Assembly: GCA_964016885.1 (NCBI GenBank) | Contig: OZ024748.1 | Span: 46,314,001 to 46,378,000 of the forward strand | Source: Eledone cirrhosa | Lineage: Eukaryota | Direction of reading: 5' to 3' | Length of the DNA stretch: 64,000 nt | Part shown: positions 12,001 to 24,119 of the stretch, one piece after another | How positions within the stretch are numbered: position 1 is the stretch's first letter | Layout: every line of letters begins with the position of its first letter | Position numbers and translations under genes: made by a program | Notes under the pieces: generated by a model | What the model was told of the DNA's origin: nothing | Seen by the model: only the letters and a program-made list of their open reading frames with translations | Databases searched by the model: none

Positions 12001-15000
12001 AGTGGTTGTTGTTGGTAGTGTAGTGGTGGTTGTTGGTAGTGAAGTGGTTGTTGTTGGTAGTGTAGTGGTTGTTGTTGGTAGTGTAGTGGTTGTTGTTGGT
12101 AGTGTAGTGGTTGTTGTTGGTAGTGTAGTGGTTGTAGTTGGTAGTGTCGTGGTGGTTGTTGGTAGTGTAGTGGTTGTTGTTGGTAGTGTAGTGGTGGTTG
12201 TTGGTAGTGTAGTGGTTGTTGTTGGTAGTGTAGTGGTTGTTGTTGGTAGTGTAGTGGTTGTTGTTGTTGGTAGTGTAGTGGTGGTTGTTGGTTGTGTAGT
12301 GAAGGTTGTTGGTAGTGTAGTGGTTGTTGTTGGTAGTGTAGTGGTGGTTGTTGGTTGTGTAGTGGTTGTTGTTGGTAGTGTAGTGGTTGTTGTTGTTGGT
12401 AGTGTAGTGGTGGTTGTTGGTAGTGTAGTGGTTGTTGTTGGTAGTGTAGTGGTTGTTGATGGTAGTGTAGTGGTTGTTGTTGGTAGTGTAGTGGTGGTTG
12501 TTGGTAGTGTAGTGGTGGTTGTTGGTAGTGTAGTGGTTGTTGTTAGTGTAGTGGTGGTTGTTGGTAGTGTAGTGGTTGTTGTTGGTAGTGTAGTGGTTGT
12601 TGTTGGTAGTGTAGTGGTGGTTGTTGGTAGTGTAGTGGTTGTTGTTGGTAGTGTAGTGGTTGTTGTTGTTGGTAGTGTAGTGGTTGTTGTTGGTAGTGTA
12701 GTGGTTGTTGTTGGTAGTGTAGTGGTGGTTGTTGGTAGTGTAGTGGTTGTTGTTGGTAGTGTAGTGGATGTTGTTGTTGATAGTGTAGTGGTGGTTCTTG
12801 GTAGCGTAGTGGTTGTTGTTGGTAGTGTAGTGGTGGTTGTTGGTAGCGTAGTGGTTGTTGTTGGTAGTGTAGTGGTGCTTGTTGGTAATGTAGTGGTTGT
12901 AGTTGGTAGTGTAGTGGTTGTTGTTGGTAGTGTAGTTGTGGTTGTTGGTAGTGTAGTGGTTGTTGTTGGTAGTGTAGTGGTGGTTGTTGGTAGTGTAGTG
13001 GTTGTTGTTGGTAGTGTAGTGGTGGTTGTTGGTAGTGTAGTGGTTGTTGTTGGTAGTGTAGTGGATGTTGTTGTTGGTAGTGTAGTGGTGGTTGTTGGTA
13101 GTGTAGTGGTTGTTGTTGGTAGTGTAGTGGTGGTTGTTGGTAGTGAAGTGGTTGTTGTTGGTAGTGTAGTGGTTGATGTTGGTAGTGTAGTGGTTGTTGT
13201 TGGTAGTGTAGTGGTTGTTGTTGGTAGTGTCGTGGTTGTTGTTGGTAGTGTAGTGGATGTTGTTGGTAGTGTAGTGGTTGTTGTTGTTAGTGTAGTGGTG
13301 GTTGTTGGTAGTGTAATGGTAGTTGTTGGTAGTGTAGTGGTTGTTATTGGTTGTATAGTGCTGGTTGTTGGTAGTGTTGTGGTCGTTGTTGGTAGTCTAG
13401 TGGTTGTTGTTGGTAGTGTAGTGGTGGTTGTTGGTAGTGTAGTGGTTGTTGTTGGTAGTGTAGTGGATGTTGTTGTTGATAGTGTAGTGGTGGTTGTTGG
13501 TAGCGTAGTGGTTGTTGTTGGTAGTGTAGTGGTGGTTGTTGGTAGTGTAGTGGTTGTTGTTGGTAGTGTAGTGGTGCTTGTTGGTAATGTAGTGGTTGTA
13601 GTTGGTAGTGTAGTGGTTGTTGTTGGTAGTGTAGTTGTGGTTGTTGGTAGCGTAGTGGTTGTTGTTGGTAGTGTAGTGGTGCTTGTTGGTAATGTAGTGG
13701 TTGTAGTTGGTAGTCTAGTGGTTGTTGTTGGTAGTGTAGTTGTGGTTGTTGGTAGTGTAGTGGTTGTTGTTGGTAGTGTAGTGGTGGTTGTTGGTAGTGT
13801 AGTGGTTGTTGTTGGTAGTGTAGTTGTGGTTGTTGGTAGTGTAGTGGTTGTTGTTGGTAGTGTAGTGGATGTTGTTGGTAGTGTAGAGGTGGTTGTTGGT
13901 AGTGTAGTGGTTGTTGTTGGTAGCATAGTGGTGGTTGTTGGTAGTGTAGTAGTTGTTGTTGGTAGTGTAGTGGTGGTTGTTAGTAGTGTAGTGGTTGTTG
14001 TTGGTAGTGTAGTTGTTGTTGTTGGTAGTGTAGTGGTTGTTGTTGGTAGTGTAGTGGATGTGGTTGGTAGTGTAGAGGTGGTTGTTGTCAGTGTAGTGGT
14101 TGTTGTTGGTAGTGTAGTGTTTGTTGTCGGTAGTGTTGTGGTTGTTGTTGGTAGTGTAGTTGTTGTTGTTGGTAGTGTAGTGGTTGTTGTTGGTAGTGTA
14201 GTGGATGTTGTTGGTAGTGTAGAGGTGGTTGTTGGTAGTGTAGTGGTTTTTGTTAGTAGTGTAGTGTTTGTTGTTGGTAGTGTTGTGGTTGTTCTTGATA
14301 GTGTAGTGGTTGTTGTTGTTGTTGGTAGTGTAGTGGTTATTGTTGTTGGTAGTGTAGTGGTTGTTGTTGGTAGTGTAGTAGTTGTTGTTGGTAGTGTAGT
14401 GGTTGTTGTTGGTAGTGTAGTGGATGTTGTTGTTGGTAGTGTAGTGGTTGTTCTTGGTAGTGTTGTGGTTGTTGTTGATAGTGTAGTGGTTGTTGTTGTT
14501 GGTAGTGTAGTGGTTGTTGTTGTTGGTAGTGTAGTGGTTGCTGTTGGTCGTGTAGTGGTTGTTCTTGTTGGTATTGTAGTGGTTGTCTTTGGTAGTGTAG
14601 TGGTTGTTGTTGGTAGTGTAGTGGATGTTGTTGTTGGTAGTGTAGTGGTTGTTGTTGCTAGTGTAGAGGTTGTTGTTGGTAGTGTAGTGGCTGTTGTTGG
14701 TATTGTAGTGGATGATGTTGGTAGTGTAGAGGTGGTTGTTGGTAGTGTAGTGGTTGTTGTTGGTAGTGTAGTGGTTGTTGTTGGTATTGTAGTGGATGAT
14801 GTTGGTAGTGTAGAGGTGGTTGTTGGTAGTGTAGTGGTTGTTTTTGGTAGTGTAGAGGTAGTTGTTGGTAGTGTAGTGGTTGTTGTTGGAGGTGTAGTGG
14901 TTGTTGTTGTTGGTAGTGTAGTGGTTGTTGTTCGTAGTGTAGTGGATGTTGTTGGTAGTGTAGAGGTAGTTGTTGGTAGTGATGTGGTTGTTGTTGGTAG

Positions 15001-18000
15001 TGTAGTAGTTGTTGTTGTTGGTAGTGTAGTGGTTGTTGTTGGTAGTGTAGTGGCTGCTGTTGGTTGTTTAGTGGATGTTGTTGTTGTTAGTGTAGTGGTT
15101 GTTGTTGGTAGTGTAGTGGTGGTTGTTGGTAGTGAAGTGGTTGTTGTTGGTCGTGTACTGGGTGTTATTGGTAGTGTAGTGGTTGTTGTTGGTAGTGTAA
15201 TGGTTGTTGTTGGTAATGTAGAGGTAGTTGTTGGTAGTGTAGTGGTTGTTGTTGGTAGTGTAGTGGTTGTTGTTGTTGGTAGTGTATTGGTTGTTGTTGG
15301 TAGTGTAGTGGTGGTGGTTGGTAGTGTAGTGGTTGTTGTTGTTGGTAGTGTTGTGGTTGTTGTTGGTATTGTAGAGGTAGTTGTTGGTTGTGTAGTGGTT
15401 GTTGTTGGTAGTGTAGTGGTTGTTGTTGGTAGTGTCGTGGTTGTTGTTGGTAGTGTAGTGGATGTTGTTGGTAGTGTAGTGGTTGTTGTTGTTAGTGTAG
15501 TGGTGGTTGTTGGTAGTGTAATGGTAGTTGTTGGTAGTGTAGTGGTTGTTATTGGTTGTATAGTGCTGGTTGTTGGTAGTGTTGTGGTCGTTGTTGGTAG
15601 TCTAGTGGTTGTTGTTGGTAGTGTAGTGGTGGTTGTTGGTAGTGTAGTGGTTGTTGTTGGTAGTGTAGTGGATGTTGTTGTTGATAGTGTAGTTGTGGTT
15701 GTTGGTAGCGTAGTGGTTGTTGTTGGTAGTGTAGTGGCGGTTGTTGGTAGCGTAGTGGTTGTTGTTGGTAGTGTAGTGGTGCTTGTTGGTAATGTAGTGG
15801 TTGTAGTTGGTAGTGTAGTGGTTGTTGTTGGTAGTGTAGTTGTGGTTGTTGGTAGCGTAGTGGTTGTTGTTGGTAGTGTAGTGGTGCTTGTTGGTAATGT
15901 AGTGGTTGTAGTTGGTAGTCTAGTGGTTGTTGTTGGTAGTGTAGTTGTGGTTGTTGGTAGTGTAGTGGTTGTTGTTGGTAGTGTAGTGGTGGTTGTTGGT
16001 AGTGTAGTGGTTGTTGTTGGTAGTGTAGTGGTGGTTGTTGGTAGTGTAGTGGTTGTTGTTGGTAGTGTAGTGGATGTTGTTGGTAGTGTAGAGGTGGTTG
16101 TTGGTAGTGTAGTGGTTGTTGTTGGTAGCATAGTGGTGGTTGTTGGTAGTGTAGTAGTTGTTGTTGGTAGTGTAGTGGTGGTTGTTAGTAGTGTAGTGGT
16201 TGTTGTTGGTAGTGTAGTTGTTGTTGTTGGTAGTGTAGTGGTTGTTGTTGGTAGTGTAGTGGATGTGGTTGGTAGTGTAGAGGTGGTTGTTGTCAGTGTA
16301 GTGGTTGTTGTTGGTAGTGTAGTGTTTGTTGTCGGTAGTGTTGTGGTTGTTGTTGGTAGTGTAGTTGTTGTTGTTGGTAGTGTAGTGGTTGTTGTTGGTA
16401 GTGTAGTGGATGTTGTTGGTAGTGTAGAGGTGGTTGTTGGTAGTGTAGTGGTTTTTGTTAGTAGTGTAGTGTTTGTTATTGGTAGTGTTGTGGTTGTTGT
16501 TGATAGTGTAGTGGTTGTTGTTGTTGGTAGTGTAGTGGTTGTTGTTGGTATTGTAGTGGATGATGTTGGTAGTGTAGAGGTGGTTGTTGGTAGTGTAGTG
16601 GTTGTTTTTGGTAGTGTAGAGGTAGTTGTTGGTAGTGTAGTGGTTGTTGTTGGAGGTGTAGTGGTTGTTGTTGTTGGTAGTGTAGTGGTTGTTGTTCGTA
16701 GTGTAGTGGATGTTGTTGGTAGTGTAGAGGTAGTTGTTGGTAGTGATGTGGTTGTTGTTGGTAGTGTAGTGGTTGTTGTTGTTGGTAGTGTAGTGGTTGT
16801 TGTTGGTAGTGTAGTGGCTGCTGTTGGTTGTTTAGTGGATGTTGTTGTTGTTAGTGTAGTGGTTGTTGTTGGTAGTGTAGTGGTGGTTGTTGGTAGTGAA
16901 GTGGTTGTTGTTGGTAGTGTAGTGGTTGTTGTTGGTAGTGTAATGGTTGTTGTTGGTAATGTAGAGGTAGTTGTTGGTAGTGTAGTGGTTGTTGTTGGTA
17001 GTGTAGTGGTTGTTGTTGTTGGTAGTGTATTGGTTGTTGTTGGTAGTGTAGTGGTGGTGGTTGGTAGTGTAGTGGTTGTTGTTGTTGGTAGTGTTGTGGT
17101 TGTTGTTGGTATTGTAGAGGTAGTTGTTGGTTGTGTAGTGGTTGTTGTTGGTAGTGTAGTGGTTGTTGTTGTTGGTAGTGTAGTGGTTGTTGTTGTTGGT
17201 AGTGTTGTGGTTGTTGTTGGTATTGTAGAGGTAGTTGTTGGTAGTGTAGTGGTTGTTGTTGGTAGTGTAGTGGTTGTTGTTGTTGGTAGTGTAGTGGTTG
17301 TTGTTGTTGTTGGTAGTGTAGTGGTTGTTGTTGGTTGTGTAGTGGTTGTTGTTGTTGGTAGTGTAGTGGTTGTTGTTGGTAGTGTAGTGGTTGTTGTTGG
17401 TACTGTAGTGGTTGTTGTTGGTAGTGTAGTGGTGGTTGTTGGTAGTGTAGTGGTTGTTGGTAGTGTAGTGATTGTTGTTGGTAGTGTAGTGGTTGTTGTT
17501 GGTAGTGTAGTTGTGGTTGTTGGTAGTGAAGTGGTTGTTGTTGGTAGTGTAGTGTTTGTTGTTGGTAGTATAGTTGTGGTTGTTGGTAGTGTAGTGGTTG
17601 TTGTTGGTAGTGTAGTTGTGGTTGTTGGTAGTGTAGTGGTTGTTGTTGGTAGTGTAGTGGTTGCTGTTGGTTGTGTAGTGTTTGTTGGTAGTGTAGTGGT
17701 TGTTGTTGGTAGTGTAGTGGTTGTTGTTGGTAGTGTAGTAGTTGTTGTTGGTAGTGTAGTGTTTGTTGGTAGTGTAGTGGTTGTTGTTGGTAGTCTAGTG
17801 GTTGTTGTTGGTAGTGTAGTGGTTGTTGTTGGTAGTGTAGTGGTGGTTGTTGGTAGTGTAGTGGTTGTTGTTGTTGGTAGTGTAGTGGTTGTTGTTGGTA
17901 GTGTAGTGGTGGTTGTTGGTAGTGTAGTGGTTGTTGTTGGTAGTGTAGTGGTTGTTGTTGGTAGTGTAGTGGTTGTTGTTGGTAGTGTAATGGTGGTTGT

Positions 18001-21000
18001 TGGTAGTGTAGTGGTTGTTGTTGGTAGTGTAGTGGTTGTTGTTGGTAGTGTAGTGGTTGTTGTTGTTGGTAGTGTAGTGGTTGTTGTTGGTAGTGTAGTG
18101 GTGGTTGTTGGTAGTGTAGTGGTTGTTGTTGGTAGTGTAGTGGTTGTTGTTGGTAGTGTAGTGGTTGTTGTTGGTAGTGTAGTGGTTGTTGTTGGTAGTG
18201 TAGTGGATGTTGTTGTTGGTAGTTTAATGGTTGTTGTTGGTAGTGTAGTGGTGGTTGTTAGTAGTGTAGTTTTTGTTGTTGGTAGTGTAGTTGTTGCTGT
18301 TGGTAGTGTAGTGGTTGTTGTTGGTAGTGTAGTGGATGTTGTTGGTAGTGTAGAGGTGGTTGTTGGTAGTGTAGTGGTTGTTGTTGGTAGTGTAGTGTTT
18401 GTTGTCGGTAGTGTCGTGGTTGTTGTTGGTAGTGTAGTTGTTGTTGTTGGTAGTGTAGTGGTTGTTGTTGGTAGTGTAGTGGATGTTGTTGGTAGTGTAG
18501 AGGTGGTTGTTGGTAGTGTAGTGGTTGTTGTTAGTAGTGTAGTGTTTGTTGTTGGTAGTGTTGTGGTTGTTGTTGATAGCGTAGTGGTTGTTGTTGTTGG
18601 TAGTGTAGTGGTTATTGTTGTTGGTAGTGTAGTGGTTGTTGTTGGTAGTGTAGTAGTTGTTGTTGGTAGTGTAGTGGTTGTTGTTGGTAGTGTAGTGGAT
18701 GTTGTTGTTGGTAGTGTAGTGGTTGTTCTTGGTAGTGTTGTGGTTGTTGTTGATAGTGTAGTGGTTGTTGTTGTTGGTAGTGTAGTGGTTGTTGTTGTTG
18801 GTAGTGTAGTGGTTGCTGTTGGTAGTGTAGTGGTTGTTCTTGTTGGTATTGTAGTGGTTGTTGTTGGTAGTTTAGTGGTTGTTGTTGGTAGTGTAGTGGT
18901 TGTTGTTGGTAGTGTAGTGGTTGTTGTTGGTAGTGTAGTGGTTGTTGTTGGTAGTGTAGTGGTTGTTGTTGGTATTGTAGTGGTTGTTGTTGGTAGTGTT
19001 GTGGTTGTTGTTGGTAGTATAGTGGTTGTTGTTGGTAATGTAGTGGTTGTTGTTGGTAGTGTTGTGGTTGTTGTTGGTAGTGTAGTGGTTGTTGTTGGTA
19101 GTGTAGTGATTGTTGTTGGTAGTGTTGTGGTTGTTGTTGGTAGTGTAGTGGTTGTTGTTGGTATTGTAGTGGTTGTTGTTGGTAGTGTAGTGGTTGTTGT
19201 TGGTAGTGTAGTGGTTGTTGTTGGTAGTGTAGTGGTTGTTGTTGGTAGTGTAGTGGTTGTTGTTGGTAGTGTAGTGGTTGTTGTTGGTAGTGTAGTGGTT
19301 GTTGTTGGTAGTGTAGTGGGTGTTGTTGGTAGTGTAGTGGTTGTTATTGGTAGTGTAGTGGTTGTTGTTGTTAGTGTAGTGGTTGTTGTTGGTAATGTAG
19401 AGGTAGTTGTTGGTAGTGTAGTGGTTGTTGTTGGTAGTGTAGTGGTTGTTGTTGTTGGTAGTGTAGTGGTTGTTGTTGGTAGTGTAGTGGTGGTGGTTGG
19501 TAGTGTAGTGGTTGTTGTTGGTAGTGTAGTGGTTGTTGTTGCTAGTGTAGTGGTTGTTATTGGTAGTGTAGTGGTTGTTGTTGGTAGTGTAGTGTTGGTA
19601 GTTGGTACTGTAGTGGTTGCTGTCGGTAGTGTAGTGGTTGTTGTTGGTATTGTAGTGGTTGTTGTTGGTAGTGTTGTGGTTGTTGTTGGTATTGTAGAGG
19701 TAGTTGTTGGTAGTTTAGTGGTTGTTGTTGGTAGTGTAGTGGTTGTTGTTGTTGGTAGTGTAGTGGTTGTTGTTGCTAGTGTAGTGGTTGTTATTGGTAG
19801 TGTAGTGGTTGTTATTGGTAGTGTAGTGGTTTTTGTTGGTTGTGTAGTGTTTGTAGTTGGTTGTGTAGTTGTTGTTGTTGGTAGTGTAGTGGTTGTTGTT
19901 GGTTGTGTAATGTTTGTAGTTGGTAGTTTAGTGGTTGTTGTTGGTAGTGTAGTGGTTGTTGTTGGTAGTGTAGTGGTTGTTGTTGGTAGTGTAGTGGTTG
20001 TTGCTGTTGGTAGTGTAGTGGTTGTTGTTGTTGGTAGTGTAGTGGTTGTTGTTGGTAGTGTAGTGGTTGTTGTTGTTGGTAGTATTGTGGTTGTTGTTGG
20101 TAGTGTAGTGTTTGTTGTTGGTAGTGTAGTGGTTGTTGTTGGTAGTGTAGTGGTGGTTGTTGGTAGAGTAGTGGTGGTTGTTGGTAGTGTAGTGGTTTTT
20201 GTTGGTAGTGTAGTTGTGGTTGTTGGTAGTGTAGTGGTTGTTGTTGGTAGTGTAGTGGTTGTTGTTGGTAGTGTTGTGGTTGTTGTTGGTAGTGTAGTGG
20301 ATGTTGTTGTTTGTAGTGTAGTGGTTGTTGTTGGTAGTGTAGTGGTTGTTGTTAGTAGTGTTGTGGTTGGTGTTGGTAGTGTTGTGGTTGTTGTTGGTAG
20401 TGTAGTGGTTGTTGTTGGTAGTGTAGTGGATGTTGTTGTTGGTAGTGTAGTAGTTGTTGTTGGTAGTGTAGTGGTGGTTGTTGGTAGTGTAGTGGTGGTT
20501 GTTGGTAGTGTAGTGGTTGTTGTTGGTAGTGTAGTGGTGGTTGTTGGTAGTGTAGTGGTTGTTGTTGGTAGTGTAGTGGTTGTTGTTGGTAGCATAGTGG
20601 TGGTTGTTGGTAGTGTAGTGGTTGTTGTTGTTAGTGTAGAGGTTGTTGTTGGTAGTGTAGTGGTTGTTGTTGGTAGTGTAGTGGTTGTTGTTGGTAGTGT
20701 AGTGGTTGTTGTTGGCAGTGTAGTGGTTGTTGTTGGTAGTGTAGTGGTTGTTGTTGTTAGTGTAGTGGTGGTTGTTGATAGTGTAGTGGTTGTTGTTGGT
20801 AGTGTAGTAGTTGTTGTTGGTATTGTATGGGTTGTTGTTGGTAGTGTTGTGGTTGTTGTTGGTAGTGTAGTGGTGGTTGTTGGTAGTGTAGTGGTTGTTG
20901 TTGGTAGTGTAGTGGTTGTTGTTGGCAGTGTAGTGGTTGTTGTTGGTAGTGTAGTGGTTGTTGTTGGTAGTGTAGTAGTTGTTGTTGGTATTGTAGTGGT

Positions 21001-23020
21001 TGTTGTTGGTAGTGTTGTGGTTGCTGTTGGTAGTGTAGTGGTTGTTGTTGGTAGTGTAGTGGTTGTTGTTGGTAGTGTAGTGGTGGTTGTTGGTAATGTA
21101 GTGGTGGTTGTTGGTAGTGTAGTGGAGGTTGTTGGTAATGTAATGGTTGTAGTTGGTAGTGTAGTGGTGGTTGTTGTTAGTGTAGTGGTTGTTGTTGGTA
21201 GTTTCATGGTTTTTGTTGGTAGTGTAGTGGTGGTTGTTGGTAGTGTAGTGGTTGTTGTTGGTAGTATAGTGGTGATTGTTGGTAGTGTAGTGGTGGTTGT
21301 TGGTAGTGTAGTGGTTGTTGTTGGTAGTGTAGTGGTGCTTGTTGGTAGTGTAGTGGTGGTTGTTGGTAGTGTAGTGGTTGTAGTTGGTAGTGTAGTGGTG
21401 GTTGTTGGTAGTGTAGTGGTTGTTGTTGGTATTGTAGTGGTGGTGGTTGGTAGTGTAGTGGTTGTTGTTGGTAGTGTAGTGGTGGTTGTTGGTAGTGTAG
21501 TGGTTGTTGTTGGTAGTGTAATGGTTGTTGTTGGTAGTGTTGTGGTGGTTGTTGGTAGTGTAGTGGTTGGTGTTGGTAGTGTTGCGGTTGTTGTTGGTAG
21601 TGTAGTGGTGGTTGTTGGTAGTGTAGTGGATGTTATTGTTGGTAGTGTTGTGGTTGTTGTTGGTAGTGTAGTGGTTGTTGTTGGTATTGTAGTGGTGGTG
21701 GTTGGTAGTGTAGTGGTTGTTGTTGGTAGTGTAGTGGTGGTTGTTGGTAGTGTAGTGGTTGTTGTTGGTAGTATAGTGGTGATTGTTGGTAGTGTAGTGG
21801 TGGTTGTTGGTAGTGTAGTGGTTGTTGTTGGTAGTGTAGTGGTGCTTGTTGGTAGTGTAGTGGTGGTTGTTGGTAGTGTAGTGGTTGTAGTTGGTAGTGT
21901 AGTGGTGGTTGTTGGTAGTGTAGTGGTTGTTGTTGGTATTGTAGTGGTGGTGGTTGGTAGTGTAGTGGTTGTTGTTGGTAGTTTTGTGTTTGTTGTTGGT
22001 AGTGTAGTGGTCGTTGTTGGTAGTGTAGTGGTGGTTGCTGGTAGTGTAGTGGTTGTTGTTGGTAGTGAAGTGGTTGTTGTTGGTAGTGTAGTGGTGGTTG
22101 TTGGTAGTGTAGTGGTTGTTGTTGGTAGTGTAATGGTTGTTGTTGGTAGTGTTGTGGTGGTTGTTGGTAGTGTAGTGGTTGGTGTTGGTAGTGTTGCGGT
22201 TGTTGTTGGTAGTGTAGTGGTGGTTGTTGGTAGTGTAGTGGATGTTATTGTTGGTAGTGTTGTGGTTGTTGTTGGTAGTGTAGTGGTTGTTGTTGGTAGT
22301 TTTGTGGTTGTTGTTGGTAGTTTTGTGGTTGTTGTTGGTAGTGTAGTGGTTGTTGTTGGTAGTGTAGTGGATGTTGTTGTTGGTAGTGTAGTGGTGGTTG
22401 TTGGTAGTGTAGTGGTTGTTGTTGGTAGTGTAGTGGTGGTTGTTGGTAGTGTAGTGGTGGTTGTTGGTAGTGTAGTGGTGCTTGTTGGTAGTGTAGTGGT
22501 GGTTGTTGGTAGTGTAGTGGTTGTAGTTGGTAGTGTAGTGGTGGTTGTTGGTAGTGTAGTGGTTGTTGTTGGTTGTGTAGTGGTGGTGGTTGGTAGTGTA
22601 GTGGTTGTTGTTGGTAGTGTTGTGGTTGTTGTTGGTAGTGTAGTGGTCGTTGTTGGTAGTGTAGTGGTGGTTGTTGGTAGTGTAGTGGTTGTTGTTGGTA
22701 GTGTAGTGGTTGTTGTTGGTAGTGTAGTGGTGGTTGTTGGTAGTGTAGTGGTTGTTGTTGGCAGTGTAGTGGTTGTTGTTGGTAGTGTAGTGATGGTTGT
22801 TGGTAGTGTAGTGGTTGTTGTTGGTAGTGTAGTGGTTGTTGTTGGTAGTGTTGTGGTTGTTGTTGGTAGTGTAGTGGATGTTGTTGTTGGTAGTGTAGTG
22901 GCTGTTGTTGGTAGTGTAGTGGTTGTTGTTGGTAGTGTTGTGGTTGGTGTTGGTAGTGTTGTGGTTGTTGTTGGTAGTGTAGTGGATGTTGTTGTTGGTA
23001 GTGTTGTGGTTGTTGTTGGT
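1..23020 (-). repeat. Coding 21-bp VNTR (TTTTTLP heptad, roughly 1,050-1,100 units) with higher-order duplications
   Basis: Plus-strand unit ggtagtgtagtggttgttgtt. Length variants are 18, 24 and 27 bp, all multiples of 3. Diagnostic variants recur at offsets of 507, 1287, 1764, 1893, 2205, 2574 and 2991 bp. Confidence 0.97.
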
Positions 23021-24069
23021 GTTATTTTGGTTGTTGTTGTTTGTGTTGTTGTTGGCGTTGTGGTGGTTGTTGGTGTTGTGGTGGTTGTTTGTGTTGTGGT
23101 TCTTGTTGGTGTTGTTGTTGTTGTGGTTGTTGGTGTTCTATTTGATGTTGCTGTTGTTGTTTCACTGGGTGCTGCTGCTGAAGTTTGACTAGACAATTTT
23201 AGTATGTGACTGGATGTTGTTGTTATTGATACCCTCTTTGATATTTTCGTTAGTGTGTGATTGGGTGTTGCCGATGTGTGACTAGGGGCTTTTGCTATGT
23301 GACTAATTGTTGTTGTTGTTGGTGCTGTGCGACTATGACTTGTTTTCGATTGTCTAGGCATGTTTGTGATTGTTACTGGTGTAGAGCTAGTTGTACTAAT
23401 GAGGGCTGGACTAGAAGTTTTAATGAAAAATAAACTATTTATTGATGTTGTTGGTATTCTAGATGATTCTGTAGATGTCATCTGTTGAGAATTATTGCTA
23501 ATTCTTTCAGATTTTTCTGGTATTGTATTCACCGGAATTGAATCTGTCCTTTCTATCGGACTTGTCACCGTCCTGGCAACACCTTGTGTTGTTGCTACGG
23601 CTTCTATCACATTAGTAACTGGTACTTTAGTACCACCTCTCCAGGAGGTGGATTTTTCTGTCGTACTATATACAAAGTTGACATCACCAGATCTGACGAA
23701 GGTCGCATCAGTTGAGCGTGGGGAAGCTTGTTTAGTTAGTTTCATCACATGGAACGAAGTTTGTCCCATTGTACTCTCTTTGCCTTTTTTCTGTATATCT
23801 TTCCTAAATGGCTCGATACTTTCTGTACGAGGTGTAAATTCCACTTTTGGAGAATTCCTAGTTGGCATTGCATCATTTGTCGGATAGGGCATAGCAGAAG
23901 ATTTAAACGTATTACCTGGAAATGTAGACCTAACTATCTTTCTACTGTTTCTGACTGTTTCTGACGTTGCAGAAGATGTGCTAGATGTAAATTGAGGTAA
24001 ATTTTGACTTTTATGGGCTTCCCCTGTACTCTCAGTATGACCGGTTGAGGTTTCGGGCACTTTTCCTGG

Positions 24070-24119
<50 letters not shown>

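Noticed and set aside
1-23020. Telomeric or subtelomeric G-rich repeat interpretation
   Set aside because: There is no TTAGGG-type unit. The triplet-preserving variation and in-frame continuity with a signal-peptide exon indicate coding sequence.
14-23188. 7724-aa Val/Gly/Ser ORF on the plus strand
   Set aside because: It is the antisense shadow of the Thr-rich mucin repeat. Its codons are two mutations from any stop, it has no ATG start, it closes as soon as unique sequence begins, and a 70% Val protein is implausible.
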